Both the position numbers and the translations under genes were made by a program. DNA of 63,950 bases, filler included, from Octopus bimaculoides (taxonomy: Eukaryota): NCBI RefSeq assembly GCF_001194135.2. It is 8 parts of 7 records of this genome, joined end to end, with 100 filler letters (N's around TTAATTAATTAA, not from the genome) between each part and the next. Parts side by side here need not be neighbours in the genome. Positions count along the whole stretch, not along the records: positions 61,567 to 63,950 come from NC_068982.1; 7 more parts are not named here. One strand, 5' to 3'. This document shows positions 63,094 to 63,950 of this stretch, one piece after another; position 1 is the first letter of the stretch; each line of letters opens with the position of its first letter. The notes beneath the pieces were generated by a model. That model saw only the letters and a program-made list of their open reading frames with translations. It did no database searches and was not told the origin of the DNA.

Positions 63094-63950
63094 ACAGGTT
63101 CAGTCGAATAAAGCGATCAAAATATTAATTTTCAAGTCTGGTACTTATTTTGTCGACCTTTTTGGCCGGACCGTTAATTTACAGAGATGTAAACAAACCA
63201 ACATTGGTTATATAGCGGTGGTGGTGGGACAAACGGAAACACAAAGACGCACATAGTCTCACACACATACAACGGGCTTTCCCAGAGTTCCGTCTACCAA
63301 ATTCACTGACAAAACATTGGTCGGCCCCGGGAATACAGTAGAAAACACTTGCACAAGGTGCCGTGTAGTGAGACTGAACCCGATACCACGTGCTTTCAAA
63401 GCAAGTTTCTTAACCACAGATGTCTGCGTTTATATGAAATTCACTCTATGTTATAACAGATTATTCTCTAAGTTGACTTGAATATAGTGGATTTAACATA
63501 AAATCTTTGCTCTTATCCAAAGGTATAGTCCACAGGTCCAGTGTTACAAGTTTGGTTCACATATAACTAGTGTCTCACACACTTGCACTCAATACTGGCT
63601 CGTTTTTCCGATTAATTTATTCTGATCACTCCCAAATGATCTTGGTTCTACAAGCTAATGTGAACATACCTGATTAATTATAAAGGCAAAGAGCACATAA
63701 CTGTCTGGTTATGACATTCGTTTCGCAAGTGCATTGTTTCATACTCGGTCCCACTAGCATGGCACCTTAACTAAGTAGCTTCTTCTATAATCTCTGGTCA
63801 GGACAGAAACTACGTGGAAACCCGTCAAAGGAACTGTTTGTGTTTTGGGGTGGTACTTGATATATCGTCCGATTTAGTACTACCATTAAGAACCAATAAC
63901 TGTTGCAAGCATTCGCATCTGGACTGAGCATTATATATATATATATATAT

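Overview
Repeat-dense, AT-rich eukaryotic genomic DNA from a gappy draft assembly; the SINE/LINE repertoire suggests an octopus (inference). The only supportable host gene is the 5' part of a + strand SLC20/PiT sodium-phosphate symporter: three coding exons at 52217-52406, 54898-54999 and 55819-55959, with the next exon not visible. A candidate upstream exon lies at 38829-38902. The rest is microsatellite plus mobile-element remains: Tx1/L1-type, RTE, CR1-group, HERO-like and R4/Dong-like non-LTR retrotransposons; Penelope-like RT and GIY-YIG remnants with hammerhead-like motifs; a Helitron helicase fragment; mariner, pogo, hAT and piggyBac-type non-autonomous elements; and four tRNA-derived SINE families, often nested. 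Best leads: (1) a Tx1-type LINE with a (TATC)n tail and a 15-bp target duplication in a GATA-repeat site, whose 3' end is shared by a dimeric SINE; (2) minimal hammerhead-like folds in Penelope-type ends; (3) a PHD-type finger inside an RTE reverse transcriptase; (4) a possible uORF-versus-N-terminal-extension splice choice in SLC20. Nearly all long ORFs in the supplied track are microsatellite or N-gap artefacts. All translations and alignments were done by eye; no database searches were run, and repeat boundaries are approximate.
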